Below, in pieces: positions 34,601 through 46,543 of a stretch of 64,000 nt of DNA (position 1 is the stretch's first letter; each line of letters starts with the position of its first letter). The DNA lies in NCBI GenBank assembly GCA_002269645.1, contig NIVC01001848.1, positions 62,001 through 126,000 on the forward strand. Direction: 5' to 3'. A model generated the notes under the pieces. That model saw only the letters and a program-made list of their open reading frames with translations, was not told the DNA's origin and made no database searches. Source of the DNA: Macrostomum lignano (lineage: Eukaryota). The position numbers and the translations under genes are program-made.

Positions 34601-37600
34601 TCATCGAGAGGGTGCGCCAGAATCTTCACATCGTGCTCTCTATGAGCCCCATCGGCGATGCGTTCAGGAACCGGCTGAGAATGTTTCCCTCGCTAATCAA
34701 CTGCTGTACCATCGATTGGTTCCAGGTGGGATTATCGATAGTTTTAAGCGATTAGTCCCGCACTCTTGTCTGTTGTTCAATAGTTAAGTAAGTTGTGTTT
34801 GTACCCTAATTGCACAGGCCTGGCCAGAGGACGCCCTGGAGATGGTGGCCAACAAATTCCTCGAGGACATCGACATGGAGGACGACGAGCGCCTTCAGAT
34901 TGTTGCCATGTGCAAGCACTTTCACGAGAGCGTTCGCCTGCTCTCTCAGCAGTTCCGAGACGAGCTGCGTCGCTACAACTACGTGACTCCGACTTCCTAC
35001 CTGGAGCTCATCCAGACATTCAGGAAGCTAATCAGTATGAAACGAAATGAGCTGACCACGATGCGAAACCGGTACCTCACTGGTCTTGAGAAGTTGGAGT
35101 TCGCTGCTGGTGAAGTCGGAAGTAAGTGGAAACTTCTCGATTGATTTTTACGATTACTGAACATGATTGCTTGCTGTGTTAATTTCAACTAAACACCATA
35201 AATCTTTTCAAGAACCAACCTCAATCTCATCTTTTTTACTAATTTCAGAAATGCAAAAAGAGCTTCAAGACCTGCAGCCAAAACTGAAGGTAACATCCGA
35301 GGAGACGGAGAAGCTGCTCGTGAAGATTGAGCAAGACGCTGTGGAAGTGGAAGCCAAGAAGGAAGTCGTATCAGCCGATGAGGCGATTACAAACGAAGCT
35401 GCAGCTGCAGCGCAAGCCATCAAGGACGAGTGTGAAGAGGACCTGTCAGAGGCAATGCCAGCCCTGGAAGAAGCTATCCGAGCTTTGAATACACTGAAGC
35501 CGAGCGACATTAACGAGGTAAGGGCATTGAAGTCGCCGCCGGCAATCATCAAGCTGGTGATGGAAGCTGTCTGCGTGATGCTTGCCGAGAAGCCGGTGCG
35601 AAAGCCGGAACCAGGCACTGGCCGAATGATCGAGGATTACTGGGACACCTCGATGCGCATCCTCAACGATACGCGCTTCTTGGACAGACTGCGGACCTAT
35701 GACAAAGACCATATCACGCCGGCCATCATGAAGCGGATCCGCGATGTCTACATGCCCAAGCCGGACTTCGAGCCCAAGGTGGTCAAGAACGCGTCTACGG
35801 CCTGCGAGGGCCTCTGCAAGTGGGTGCGCGCCATGGACAAGTACGATGCCGTCGCCAAGGTTGTGGCACCAAAGAAGGAGAAGCTGAAGATTGCTGAGGC
35901 CGATCTGCAGGAGCAGATGACCAAACTGAATGCTAAGCGAGCCGAGCTCAAGGAGGTGCAGGACAAACTGCAAGCGCTCTACGACGAACTCGAAGAGAAT
36001 CAAAACAAGAAGAAAGAGCTGGAAGACCAGATCGATCTGTGTGAAAAGAAGCTGGTACGAGCCGAGAAGCTAATCGGAGGTCTGGGCGGTGAGAAAGATC
36101 GCTGGACTGCTGCAGCAGAGATGCTCGGAGAAAGGTATCACAACATAATCGGCGATGTGCTGCTCAGTTCGGCTGTTGTTGCGTACCTTGGGGCGTTTAC
36201 TGTCGACTACAGAAATGTGAGTTTTATTTCATTGAACTGAAATTTTCTGGTTCTTATCTATTATTGATATTTATATTTATGAAATTGCCCCGTTGACTCC
36301 CACAGTCCGTGATCGACGAGTGGCATCAGCTGTGCAAGGAGAAGCAGATTCCCTGCTCGGCGAGCTTCCGCATGGTTGACGTGCTCGGCGAGCCGGTGCT
36401 GATTCGCGAGTGGAACATCGCCGGCCTTCCCGTTGACTCCTTCTCCATCGACAACGGCATTATGGTCAAGAACTCCAACCGCTGGCCGCTGATGATCGAC
36501 CCACAGGGCCAGGCCAACAAGTGGGTGAAGAATATGGAAAAGAATAAAAAACTGGCCGTCATTAAGCCAACCGACTCGAGCTACGTTCGCGTGCTGGAGA
36601 ACAGCATCCAGTTCGGCATTCCCGTGCTTCTGGAGAACGTGGGCGAGGAGTTGGACCCGATTTTGGAAAACGTGCTTAATAAGCAGACGTACAAGCAGGC
36701 TGGCGTCGAGTACATCAAACTGGGCGACAGTGTTATCGAGTACAGCAAAGACTTCAGGTTCTACATAACAACCAGCCTGCGGAATCCGCACTATCTCCCG
36801 GAAGTCTCGGTGAAGGTTGTGCTCCTTAATTTCATGATCACTCCGCTGGGCCTGCAGGACCAACTGCTTGGCATTGTGGCGGCCAAAGAGAAACCGGAGC
36901 TTGAGGAAAAGAAGAATCAGCTGATTTTGGAGAGCGCTGAGAACAAAAAACAGCTGAAAGAGATCGAGGACAAAATTCTCGAGGTGCTGAGCTCCGCCCA
37001 GGGCAACATCCTCGAGAACGAGAGCGCCATCACCATACTAAGCTCATCCAAGAAGCTAAGCGAGGAGATCAGCGAGAAGCAGGCGGTAGCTGAGACCACC
37101 CAGATCGAAATCGACGAGACGAGAAACGGCTACAAGCCGGTGGCTTTGCACGGCTCAATTCTGTTCTTCTGCATCTCGGATATGGCCAACATCGATCCGA
37201 TGTACCAGTACAGCCTCACCTGGTTTATCAATCTCTTCCTGATGGTGAGTGAAGGTGTTTCGTGCCATAAATTGAAGTTGTTTCGTTTTTGTCCTGTCTG
37301 CCCACAATAACTCCAAATACAACCACAAACCCAATTCCAGTCTATTGTTAACAGCGAGAAGTCAAACGAACTGGATGAAAGAATCAGCAACCTAAACGAG
37401 CACTTTACAAACAGCATCTATCGCAACATCTGCCGGTCTTTGTTCGAGAAGGACAAACTGCTGTTCTCCCTTATCATGTGCATCGCCATCATGAAGGGAC
37501 AGTGAGTCACTTAAACTCTTTTCCCCATGAATTCCCTGTTTAACGTCTAATTTCAAACTTTCCTTAGAAACAAAGTTGACGACAAAGTTTGGCGCTTCCT

Positions 37601-40157
37601 TCTGACCGGAGGCGTCGCCCTCGACAACCCGAACCCGAACCCGGCGCCGGAGTGGCTGCAGGACAAGAACTGGGCCGAAATCGTGCGCGCCTCATCGCTG
37701 CCGAATCTGCACGGCTTCATGGAGCGTGAGTTGATAATTTCTCATAAAACAATGCAGTACTGGATGGTAAAAACTCTAGCAGGATCTTAACCGAATTTTC
37801 ACTGAAATCTTTTATTCAACAGACGTGCGGGACAACACCGCCAAGTGGAAGGAGATGTACGACTCCACAGCGCCGCACGAATTCCGCTATCCAGACAGAT
37901 TCCGGGCGCTTGAGGGCCTCGACAGTCTCGTAGTGCTTCGCTGCTTCCGGCCGGACAAGATGGTGCCAGCTGTCCAATCTTTTATCGTCGATAACCTTGG
38001 CCAGACCTACATCGAACCGCCAACCTTTGATTTGGCCGGATCGTTCGCCGACTCAAACTGCTGCTCGCCGCTGATCTTCGTCCTGTCGCCCGGAGCCGAT
38101 CCGATGGCCTCCTTGACCAAGTTGGGCGAGGACAAAGGCTTCACGCCGGAGGCCATCGGCCGAATCTCCCTCGGCCAGGGCCAGGGCCCGATTGCTGAGC
38201 AGATGATCAGGCAGGCCATCAAGGACGGTACCTGGGTAGTACTGCAGAACTGTCACCTGGCGACATCCTGGATGACAGCACTGGAGAAGATCTGTAATGA
38301 AGTTATCATTCCGGAAAATACGCACGAGAATTTCCGTCTCTGGCTGACCAGCTACCCGTCGGAGAGTTTCCCGGTGTCGATCCTGCAGAACGGTGTCAAG
38401 ATGACCAACGAGCCGCCGAAGGGCCTGCGCGCTAATCTGCTGCGCTCGTTCCTCAATGATCCGATCTCGGATCCGAAGTTTTTCTCCGGCTGTCAGGAGA
38501 ACAAGCGCTGGCACAAGATGCTGTTCGGCCTGTGCTTCTTCCACGCCCTGGTGCAGGAGAGGCGAAAGTTCGGCCCGCTGGGCTGGAACATCCCGTACGA
38601 GTTCAACGAGAGCGACCTGCGCATCAGCATGCGTCAGATGCAGATGTTCCTAAACGAATACGAGGAGCTGCCGCTGGATGCGCTCACCTACCTGACTGGC
38701 GAGTGCAACTATGGCGGTCGTGTTACCGACGACAAGGACAGGCGACTGCTCAACTCCCTGCTCAACATCTTCTATGTGCCTGCAGTTGTTACGGATGAGA
38801 ACTACAGGTGAGTTTCTCTTTATTCTACAATGCTTTACGACAGCTATGCTCTCAGATAACAGATTCTGTGCTTTTTTGAGTGCAAAAATTACAAGTTTTT
38901 TGCACGAATTGTTTCAGGTTCTCAGCCAGTGGCCACTACTACGCGCCAAAGGAGGGTCCATACCAGTCCTATGTTGACTACATCCGCAGTCTGCCGCTTA
39001 ATCCGCTGCCAGAAGTCTATGGTCTCCACGACAACGCCGACATCACCAAGGACAACCAGGAAACTAACCAACTGTTCGACGGAATTTTGCTGACTCTTCC
39101 TCGCGAATCTGACGGAGAAGGCAAATCGCCCGAGGCCACTATTCAAGAGCTGGCGGCTGACATTCTAGCCAAGTTGCCGAAGAACTTTGATCTTGAGATG
39201 GTGCGTATTATCATCCTCAAGCTCACTGACAGGACAGTGTAACGCATATTACGTCTAATTATTTCAGGTGATGGAGAAATATCCAGTGGAGTACACCGAG
39301 TCCATGAACACTGTGCTGCGCCAGGAGCTGATTCGGTTCAACCGTCTGATCTCAGTTGTACGCGAGACTCTGCAGAACTTGCAGAAAGCCATCAAAGGTC
39401 TGGTCGTTATGTCATCGGAGCTCGAGAACGTATTCACATCGATGCTAGTTGGCAAGGTGCCAGCAGTCTGGGCTGCAAAGTCCTACCCGTCGCTGAAGCC
39501 GCTCGGCAGCTACGTCAACGACCTACTCGCTCGGCTGAAATTCTTGCAGACTTGGGTCGATTCGGGCGCGCCGCCGACTTTCTGGATCTCCGGATTCTAT
39601 TTCACGCAGTCGTTCCTCACCGGTGTGCTGCAGAACTACGCCAGAAAGTACACCATACCCATCGACACCGTAAGCTTCGAGTTCGAAGTCACCAAGGAGC
39701 CGGAGTACATCAACGAGAAGCCGGAGGATGGCGCCTACGTCAGCGGCTTGTTCCTGGAGGGCGCCCGCTGGGATCACGAGGGAGGCGTACTGACGGAATC
39801 CTATCCCAAGATCCTGTTCGACACACTACCAGTGGTGCGTACATAGCTTACATGTAGCTTAGTACATGTAGCGCAGCCGTACAAGTTACTGAAGTGTGAG
39901 GGATATGGTGGTATGACACACTACTTGTTTATTTTTTCGCATTTTTTCAGCTCTGGCTGAAGCCGGCCAAAACCGCTGACATCGACAAGACTGGCACGTA
40001 CGACTGCCCGGTGTACAAGACGTCCGCCCGCCGAGGAGTGCTGTCAACAACCGGGCACAGCACCAACTTTGTGCTGCTGATCTTCCTGGCCACGAAGCAG
40101 CCACCACAGCATTGGATTAACAGAGGCGTAGCCGCACTCTGCCAGCTGGACGACTGA
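22682..40157 (+). CDS. DNAH3: Axonemal inner-arm dynein heavy chain, DNAH3-like, 4061 aa, 19 exons: 22682-22702, 22781-23407, 23940-24512, 24694-24873, 25118-25360, 26903-27081, 27613-27797, 28350-33601, 33702-33887, 34558-34725, 34818-35121, 35249-36216, 36306-37244, 37341-37501, 37568-37725, 37823-38807, 38918-39200, 39268-39834, 39951-40157
   Basis: All introns are GT-AG with compatible phases, and the exon total of 12186 nt is divisible by 3. P-loops [24 protein letters not shown] and GVGGSGRQS; Walker B CFDEFNR; stalk CEGLCKWV; C-terminus [23 protein letters not shown]...[15 protein letters not shown]. The paralogue assignment rests on remembered DNAH3-type segments ([49 protein letters not shown]), not on a search. 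Exon 1 is the least certain. Confidence 0.93.
27120..27442. repeat. 30-bp minisatellite (AAGCTTGTGTCTGTCCTAGTGTGTCTGTCT), about 10 copies, dynein intron 6
   Basis: Seen directly. Confidence 0.93.
27894..28261 (+). mobile_element. tRNA-derived SINE, family A, copy 2 (dynein intron 7)
   Basis: Head GGGCGTAGCCCAGCGGTAGCGC...GGCTCGATTCC, A-rich tail and TSD GAGCAACAGGG (27883-27893 / 28262-28272). Confidence 0.92.
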
Positions 40158-42015
40158 GTAGGAGGAAGATGGGAGTGACTTGTTTTTGTCTAAAACCAAT
40201 TGAACTTATCTCTATTGTTTTTGACAATACTTTGTTTCGTTAATTCGAATTTCGCTCACAGTGTTTCTTCGTGACAGCGGCTTTAATGTATTGTTGCTTA
40301 GGATTTTCTTTAATGCTCTTGTGTAACTTTAACCTTTTTTATTTTCTAGACTGATCAGTCAAGTCAGCTATCCAAAAAACACAAAAATTTACAAATCAAA
40401 ACAAATTTTCTGCAGAAAGAATCTGCATGCTGCCACATTGGATATTCATTACCCGCTGGATAGCCACTTATTGGTCAGAACTTTTTCCGTATTCCGAAAC
40501 ACAAACCATTCGAATTCGTACCTGTAGAGAGCCAATCAGACAAACAAAACACAGTTTGTTGGAGCTTTTCTTCCTGTCGACGCGCAACTCAACGACCCGT
40601 TGTTTTGTTTCTTGTAACTTTGATGCACTCCCCCCACCCAGATTATCACCAGATCTGCTAACCGCTCTTAAATAATAAGTATTCTTTCAGTTGTATAGTT
40701 AGATACGCTTAGTACGTCTATATTCTTTTTTAATTTTCCTGTACTTTTCTTTTACTAAAAATCTTCTTCATAGATATGGTGCACTTTCCAAGCTTTTTTA
40801 CGTTCTTTCTCTTTGCCGAACAACATTGGTTTGGTCTCACTTCTGTATTGTTATTTTTAAAAGCGTTCAAGCTGAAGATCTGATTCAATAAACGTTTTTA
40901 ACAAAATTGCTTCGATATATGCTCGTAGACTCTGAAACAGATAGTGATCAGAGGAGTTATTCATACTTATATATCCCTCCAGATGAATAGTGCTATTTTC
41001 TAATGTGATTTAACACATGGCGCAGAAAGGGATAAAAATCGGTTTTTTTCTAAATATAAAAGTCTAGATCCGTGCTTTGCTGAAGTCTCGAATTTTTTTC
41101 AAAGTGGCATTCTCATTCTCATTCTCAGTGTTTTTTTTATGCTAAAATTCACTACGATTTTGATTGACAGGGGCTTTCATATCTCCGAAAAATGGTGTAT
41201 CTTCGAAAAGCAGTTCTTTCACTACTCCGACACTTCATATCTCCGAAATAGGTTGTTGTTAGGGCTACGGTGTGGGTGAATGAGGCTGCTAAACTGAAGT
41301 TTCGGTGATATGAAGTGTCGAAGATACGAGTATGGCTGAAGTTAAAACGAAAATATACACAATAGAATGCTAAAAGTAGTCTATAGAGAACAGAGCATGT
41401 AAATTTAGCATTTTTAAACCAATTGACCCCTGCGAGTAGGAGCAAGCAAGTTAATCCTTATCGAAAGAATCAAGCTATTGAAGTTGAGCCTTTTGATTGT
41501 CTATGGCCCAAAACGGGGGTCAAGGAAGCGACCACTTTAGGTTTTATTGGACAAACAATATGTTTCGTAGATATGGCAAACGAATAATTTAGAGAACAGA
41601 GCAAGATGAAACGGATAAGCAGAAATCCTGCGCAATACAAGCAACGAAAAGTACAACCTGATTTTCTATGCCATCGAGCGGGGTGACAATGCTGAGCATA
41701 TTTACGCGATGGCGGAACGTAAATAGAAAAACAATGAATTCTATTAGGCGTCGCTATATGAAATCACGGGACATGGCGGGGCGCGCACCACGAGGTGGCG
41801 ATCGTGTAACACTGCCTACAGTTGAGAGTTGAAAGAGTTGACTTTGAACGAGATACCTGGTAATAATGACTTTGAAAGGGTTGCAAAGCAAGCTAACTGA
41901 TTATCCAGAAATTGTTTCAGCAAATACAAGACGGATTTACTGTGAAAAAGATTTATTGAGTGGGCAAATTCTCAAATTGGTTGCTCCACAGACCCCCTTC
42001 TGGGCCATAGACAAT

Positions 42016-42208
42016 GGGCCGTATGCAGAAAGCCTAGTCCAGACTAGCTAGTCCGGACTTGGGTAGTTCAGTCTATAGTCTATGGTCTAGCTAGCCTAGT
42101 TCTGCTACAGTAGACTGATCTAACTTTGTGTTTCTGCATACCAAATCCAAGTCTAGACTAGCTTTTCAAGACCGGACTACCCTGGACAGAGCTTTCTGCA
42201 TACGGCCC
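42016..42208. mobile_element. 193-bp MITE with 18-bp TIRs and a 3-bp AAT duplication (PIF/Harbinger-group-like)
   Basis: GGGCCGTATGCAGAAAGC (42016-42033) and GCTTTCTGCATACGGCCC (42191-42208) are flanked by AAT on both sides. A 3-bp TSD is weak evidence by itself. Confidence 0.8.
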
Positions 42209-42597
42209 AATTACTCACGCGCTGCTCCGGGCGAGAGGAATTGCCGTGGAATTGTCGTAGAATTGCCGTGGAATTGCCATGGAAATTTCGTGTAGTTGCC
42301 TGAAAACAAGTACAGAAAATCTGGATTCTCACAGTTTCGCAAATAGACAAGTACGTAGGCTACCAATTCAAACACTCACTCTTGTGTGTTATTTTTGCAT
42401 TCAGTTATTTTTTAAATAACTGAATTAAAGTTAAATAACTGAAAAAATAACTGTTATTCAGTTATTTTTGCATTGCTGTAGAAAAGCGTGGCTTGCTAAA
42501 CACTTCGAAGCTCAGAAACTTTTTTCAGCCGACAAGCCTGGGAGTCACTTCTGCGTGCCTAAGAGGGGCGAGATTCGAATATTCAAAGTAAATAAAT

Positions 42598-43113
42598 ATG
42601 CCAACGAGACCAATCGATCTCAGCTTACTGAAGCCAACAGGGTTCCGGCTTCTTGACAATGAGTGTCTTAATGGCCGAGTCTGTCTGCCCTCCTGCTCCG
42701 CCTGCCTTGGCTTAGCTTTCAACGCTTGGCGAACGCCTCACGGCTGCCGGCTGTGCGGCTACTGTCGCGGTTGCTGCTTCGGGTGCCAGGAGGCCGACTT
42801 CCCGTGTCCCGGCCGACTGCCCGGCTGCTCCGGTCAGGTGGTGTCGCGTTGGAGCGACTGGCGGCGGGACGACATTGCCAGACAGCAACTGATGAACGTC
42901 CTGATCTATTGTCCGAATTTTCTCGTCGGTTGCAGCTTTGTTGGCGAGTTTCATACGCTGCAGAGTCACGTGACACAGCGCTGCGACAGACGCTCGACTC
43001 GCTGCACCCGGTGCAACCGGATGGTCCGCCAGGCTGGCTTGCAAATGCACCAGCTGAGTGACGAGTGCCGGCAATTCGTTTTAACCAACTTTGGCAGCTA
43101 CAACGGCCAGGAG
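42598..43113 (+). CDS. TRAF-like N-terminus: variant RING finger + TRAF-type zinc finger; first coding exon, downstream exons not resolved
   Basis: CSAC-x11-HGC-x2-C-x2-C...CP RING-like pattern, then IYCPNFLVGCSF...H...CDRRSTRCTRC...H...C, typical of the TRAF RING-ZnF junction. Probable donor GAG|GTTAGC at 43113/43114; an unspliced ORF would stop at 43137. No MATH domain is visible in the window. Confidence 0.75.
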
Positions 43114-43214
43114 GTTAGCTTGGGATATGGGATGTGAACGGACGAAACAAGTGTTAGGATGAAGTGTAACTGTTTTAACTTTTTAATCTATCTATATATC
43201 TATGTATGTATGTA

Positions 43215-43316
43215 TCTATCTATCTATATATCTTATCTTATCTTATCTTATCTTTTCTTATCTTATCTTTTCTTATCTTATCCTATCTTATCTTGTCTTA
43301 TCTTATCTTATCTTAT

Positions 43317-43347
<31 letters not shown>

Positions 43348-43386
43348 CTATCTTATCTTATCTTATCTTATCCTATCTTATCTTAT

Positions 43387-43418
<32 letters not shown>

Positions 43419-43456
43419 TATCTTATCTTATCCTATCTTATCCTATCTTATCTTAT

Positions 43457-43488
<32 letters not shown>

Positions 43489-43503
43489 TATCTTATCTTA
43501 TTA
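43215..43503. repeat. (TCTTA)n pentanucleotide microsatellite
   Basis: Seen directly. Confidence 0.96.
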
Positions 43504-43999
43504 TCTGATCCTTCAGATCTCTCCACTCAGAGCATATTATATAAACTCAAGACTGAGCAGCTGTTCCAGGTCAGAATCTTATAATATCTGAAGTAGTTTC
43601 TAGCTTTATGATTTAAACAGCTTGGCGGCACAAAAATTGCCTTTTTTGCACTCTAATTGACTATCCCAATTAAAATGATAAAGTATATTATTTCCCTGAG
43701 TTTTTTACTGTCTCTGTTGACTATATTTCAATGCCCTTCTTTTTACTTACGTAGTTTGCTGTCAGAAAATTAACAAAACACAAATAAATTGTCCCAACAA
43801 TGGAATCGAGCAAAATCATTATGCATCGAGTTTTCAAATTGTAATCGTGTATTTTTTAATACATTGTCAAGTTTTCACAGGTATGATCACAGAATATGAT
43901 TGCAAGCCGCACTTACTCTGAAACTTACCCAACGAGCGAACTGTCGTCCTTTATATATTCCAGAATTGGCTGATTGAAATAAGAGTGATGCCCCTAGAT

Positions 44000-44075
44000 C
44001 AGGGGTCGGCAAACTCCGGCCCCGGGCCACATGGGGCCCGCAAGCCACTCTATCCGGCCCTCGGGTTCTTCGGAA
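44000..44075 (+). mobile_element. Isolated hAT/Charlie-like terminal fragment
   Basis: Begins CAGGGGTCGGCAAAC followed by GGCCCG motifs, as in Charlie-type ends, next to CCCTAGAT. No matching right end was found. Confidence 0.5.
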
Positions 44076-44286
44076 CTTCACAATAGATATCCAGCCCGCT
44101 TAAGGTTTGTGTCTTCTCAGTTTTTTGCTAATCTCCTCTCCTTTCTCATCTTCCTCTCCCCTCTCCCCTCTCCTCTCTCTTCCCCTTCCCCTCTCTTCTC
44201 CCCCTCCTCTCACTTTTCTCCTTTCTCCCATTCTCTCCCCTCTCTCCTTTAGATCGTAAAGATCATAAAGCGCACAGTGGATAAAT

Positions 44287-44381
44287 AATCAGCGGTCCCA
44301 GTGCGTGACAACGATTGTCTGGCGAGCGCCGGTAGGCGCGAGCCATAGACAAATCGTTGTCACGTGCTGCGACCGCTGATT
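44287..44381 (+). other. 95-nt near-perfect stem-loop (candidate structured RNA or tiny foldback element)
   Basis: The arms AATCAGCGGTCCCAGTGCGTGACAACGATTGTCT and AGACAAATCGTTGTCACGTGCTGCGACCGCTGATT pair, closed by GCGCC-GGTA-GGCGC. Confidence 0.8.
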
Positions 44382-44500
44382 CTTTGCATTGTTTTTCTGT
44401 TTGAAGATCCTACAGAAAATGCATTGTTTGTAGTAATGGATTGTTCTGCATTAAAAATGTGAATAATGATCGTCAAATTGCTAAACAATGCAATACTTAC

Positions 44501-45641
<1,141 letters not shown>

Positions 45642-46543
45642 ATTCTGCTCAGAATCCTTGTGAACAGCAAAACGCTTGTTGGAACGCAGAAATTATTCAA
45701 ACATGTCTTCCAGCTCACCAATTTATAGCAGTGGGTTGAGCAGTGATTATACTGAAAGCTTTGAATCAGGATTTAGACAATAGAATTTAAACATTGCTGC
45801 TTGGCCGAACAATGAAATATGAACAAATAGGAAGGAGAGAAGCAAATAATTGTTACTTCAATCATCAATTAATTGGATGCTCAAGACTTTCTAGAAACGT
45901 TTTCCTATGATTATCTTTCAGCTGTGATTAAAATTAATAAAATTCTTAGAGAGCCTTTGTTCGCCCAAGGACTACTAAAGTAACAAGTCAAGTAAACTTA
46001 AGTTGTCCTTGTGTTCGCCTACTATTAGTGGTTCACATTATGTACAAGCGTAGAGTTTTACACCATAAAAAATAGATCTCGCATGGCTCGTTTCTAAATT
46101 TCTTTCGGCTTGTTGGCGATAAGCCGTGGCTTCTATCGGCTCGGTTGAATCGATTGCTAATCATAGGAGAGAGAGAGGGGGGAGTCAGGGCAAGGCGAAT
46201 GGGACGCAACCCTCCCCTCCCCCAGTGCACCTCCTTGTAGGCAGTAGGGACCCGACAGTGGATTTCGTGGAGTTAAGCCCCTGAGCAAACACCGTCAACT
46301 CAGATCTCGTGAATTTGCTGCAATATGGCGCTGCTAATAGTCAAGTACTCGTATGCTGCCCGGCTGTATGCGCCACTCCTTTCTCAGTTTTGGGTAAGAA
46401 CGAACCCTCCCCTCTAGTGAGTCCACTTTTAGCATAAAAAGACTCAAGCAAATTCTTGCAACATCGAGTCAGCGAAACTAAAGTATTGAAACCTAGTAGT
46501 AGTAAAGTATTGAGACGCACGCTTCGAATAAACAAAGTCAATT

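Noticed and set aside
42281-42294. X-box-like ATTGCCATGGAAAT upstream of the TRAF-like gene
   Set aside because: Both terminal consensus bases mismatch, and it is one unit of an 11-bp tandem repeat.
46150-46420. GC-rich segment considered as snRNA, spliced-leader RNA or SRP RNA
   Set aside because: I found no U1/U2 5' motif, no convincing Sm site with an SL donor, and no SRP helix motif on either strand.
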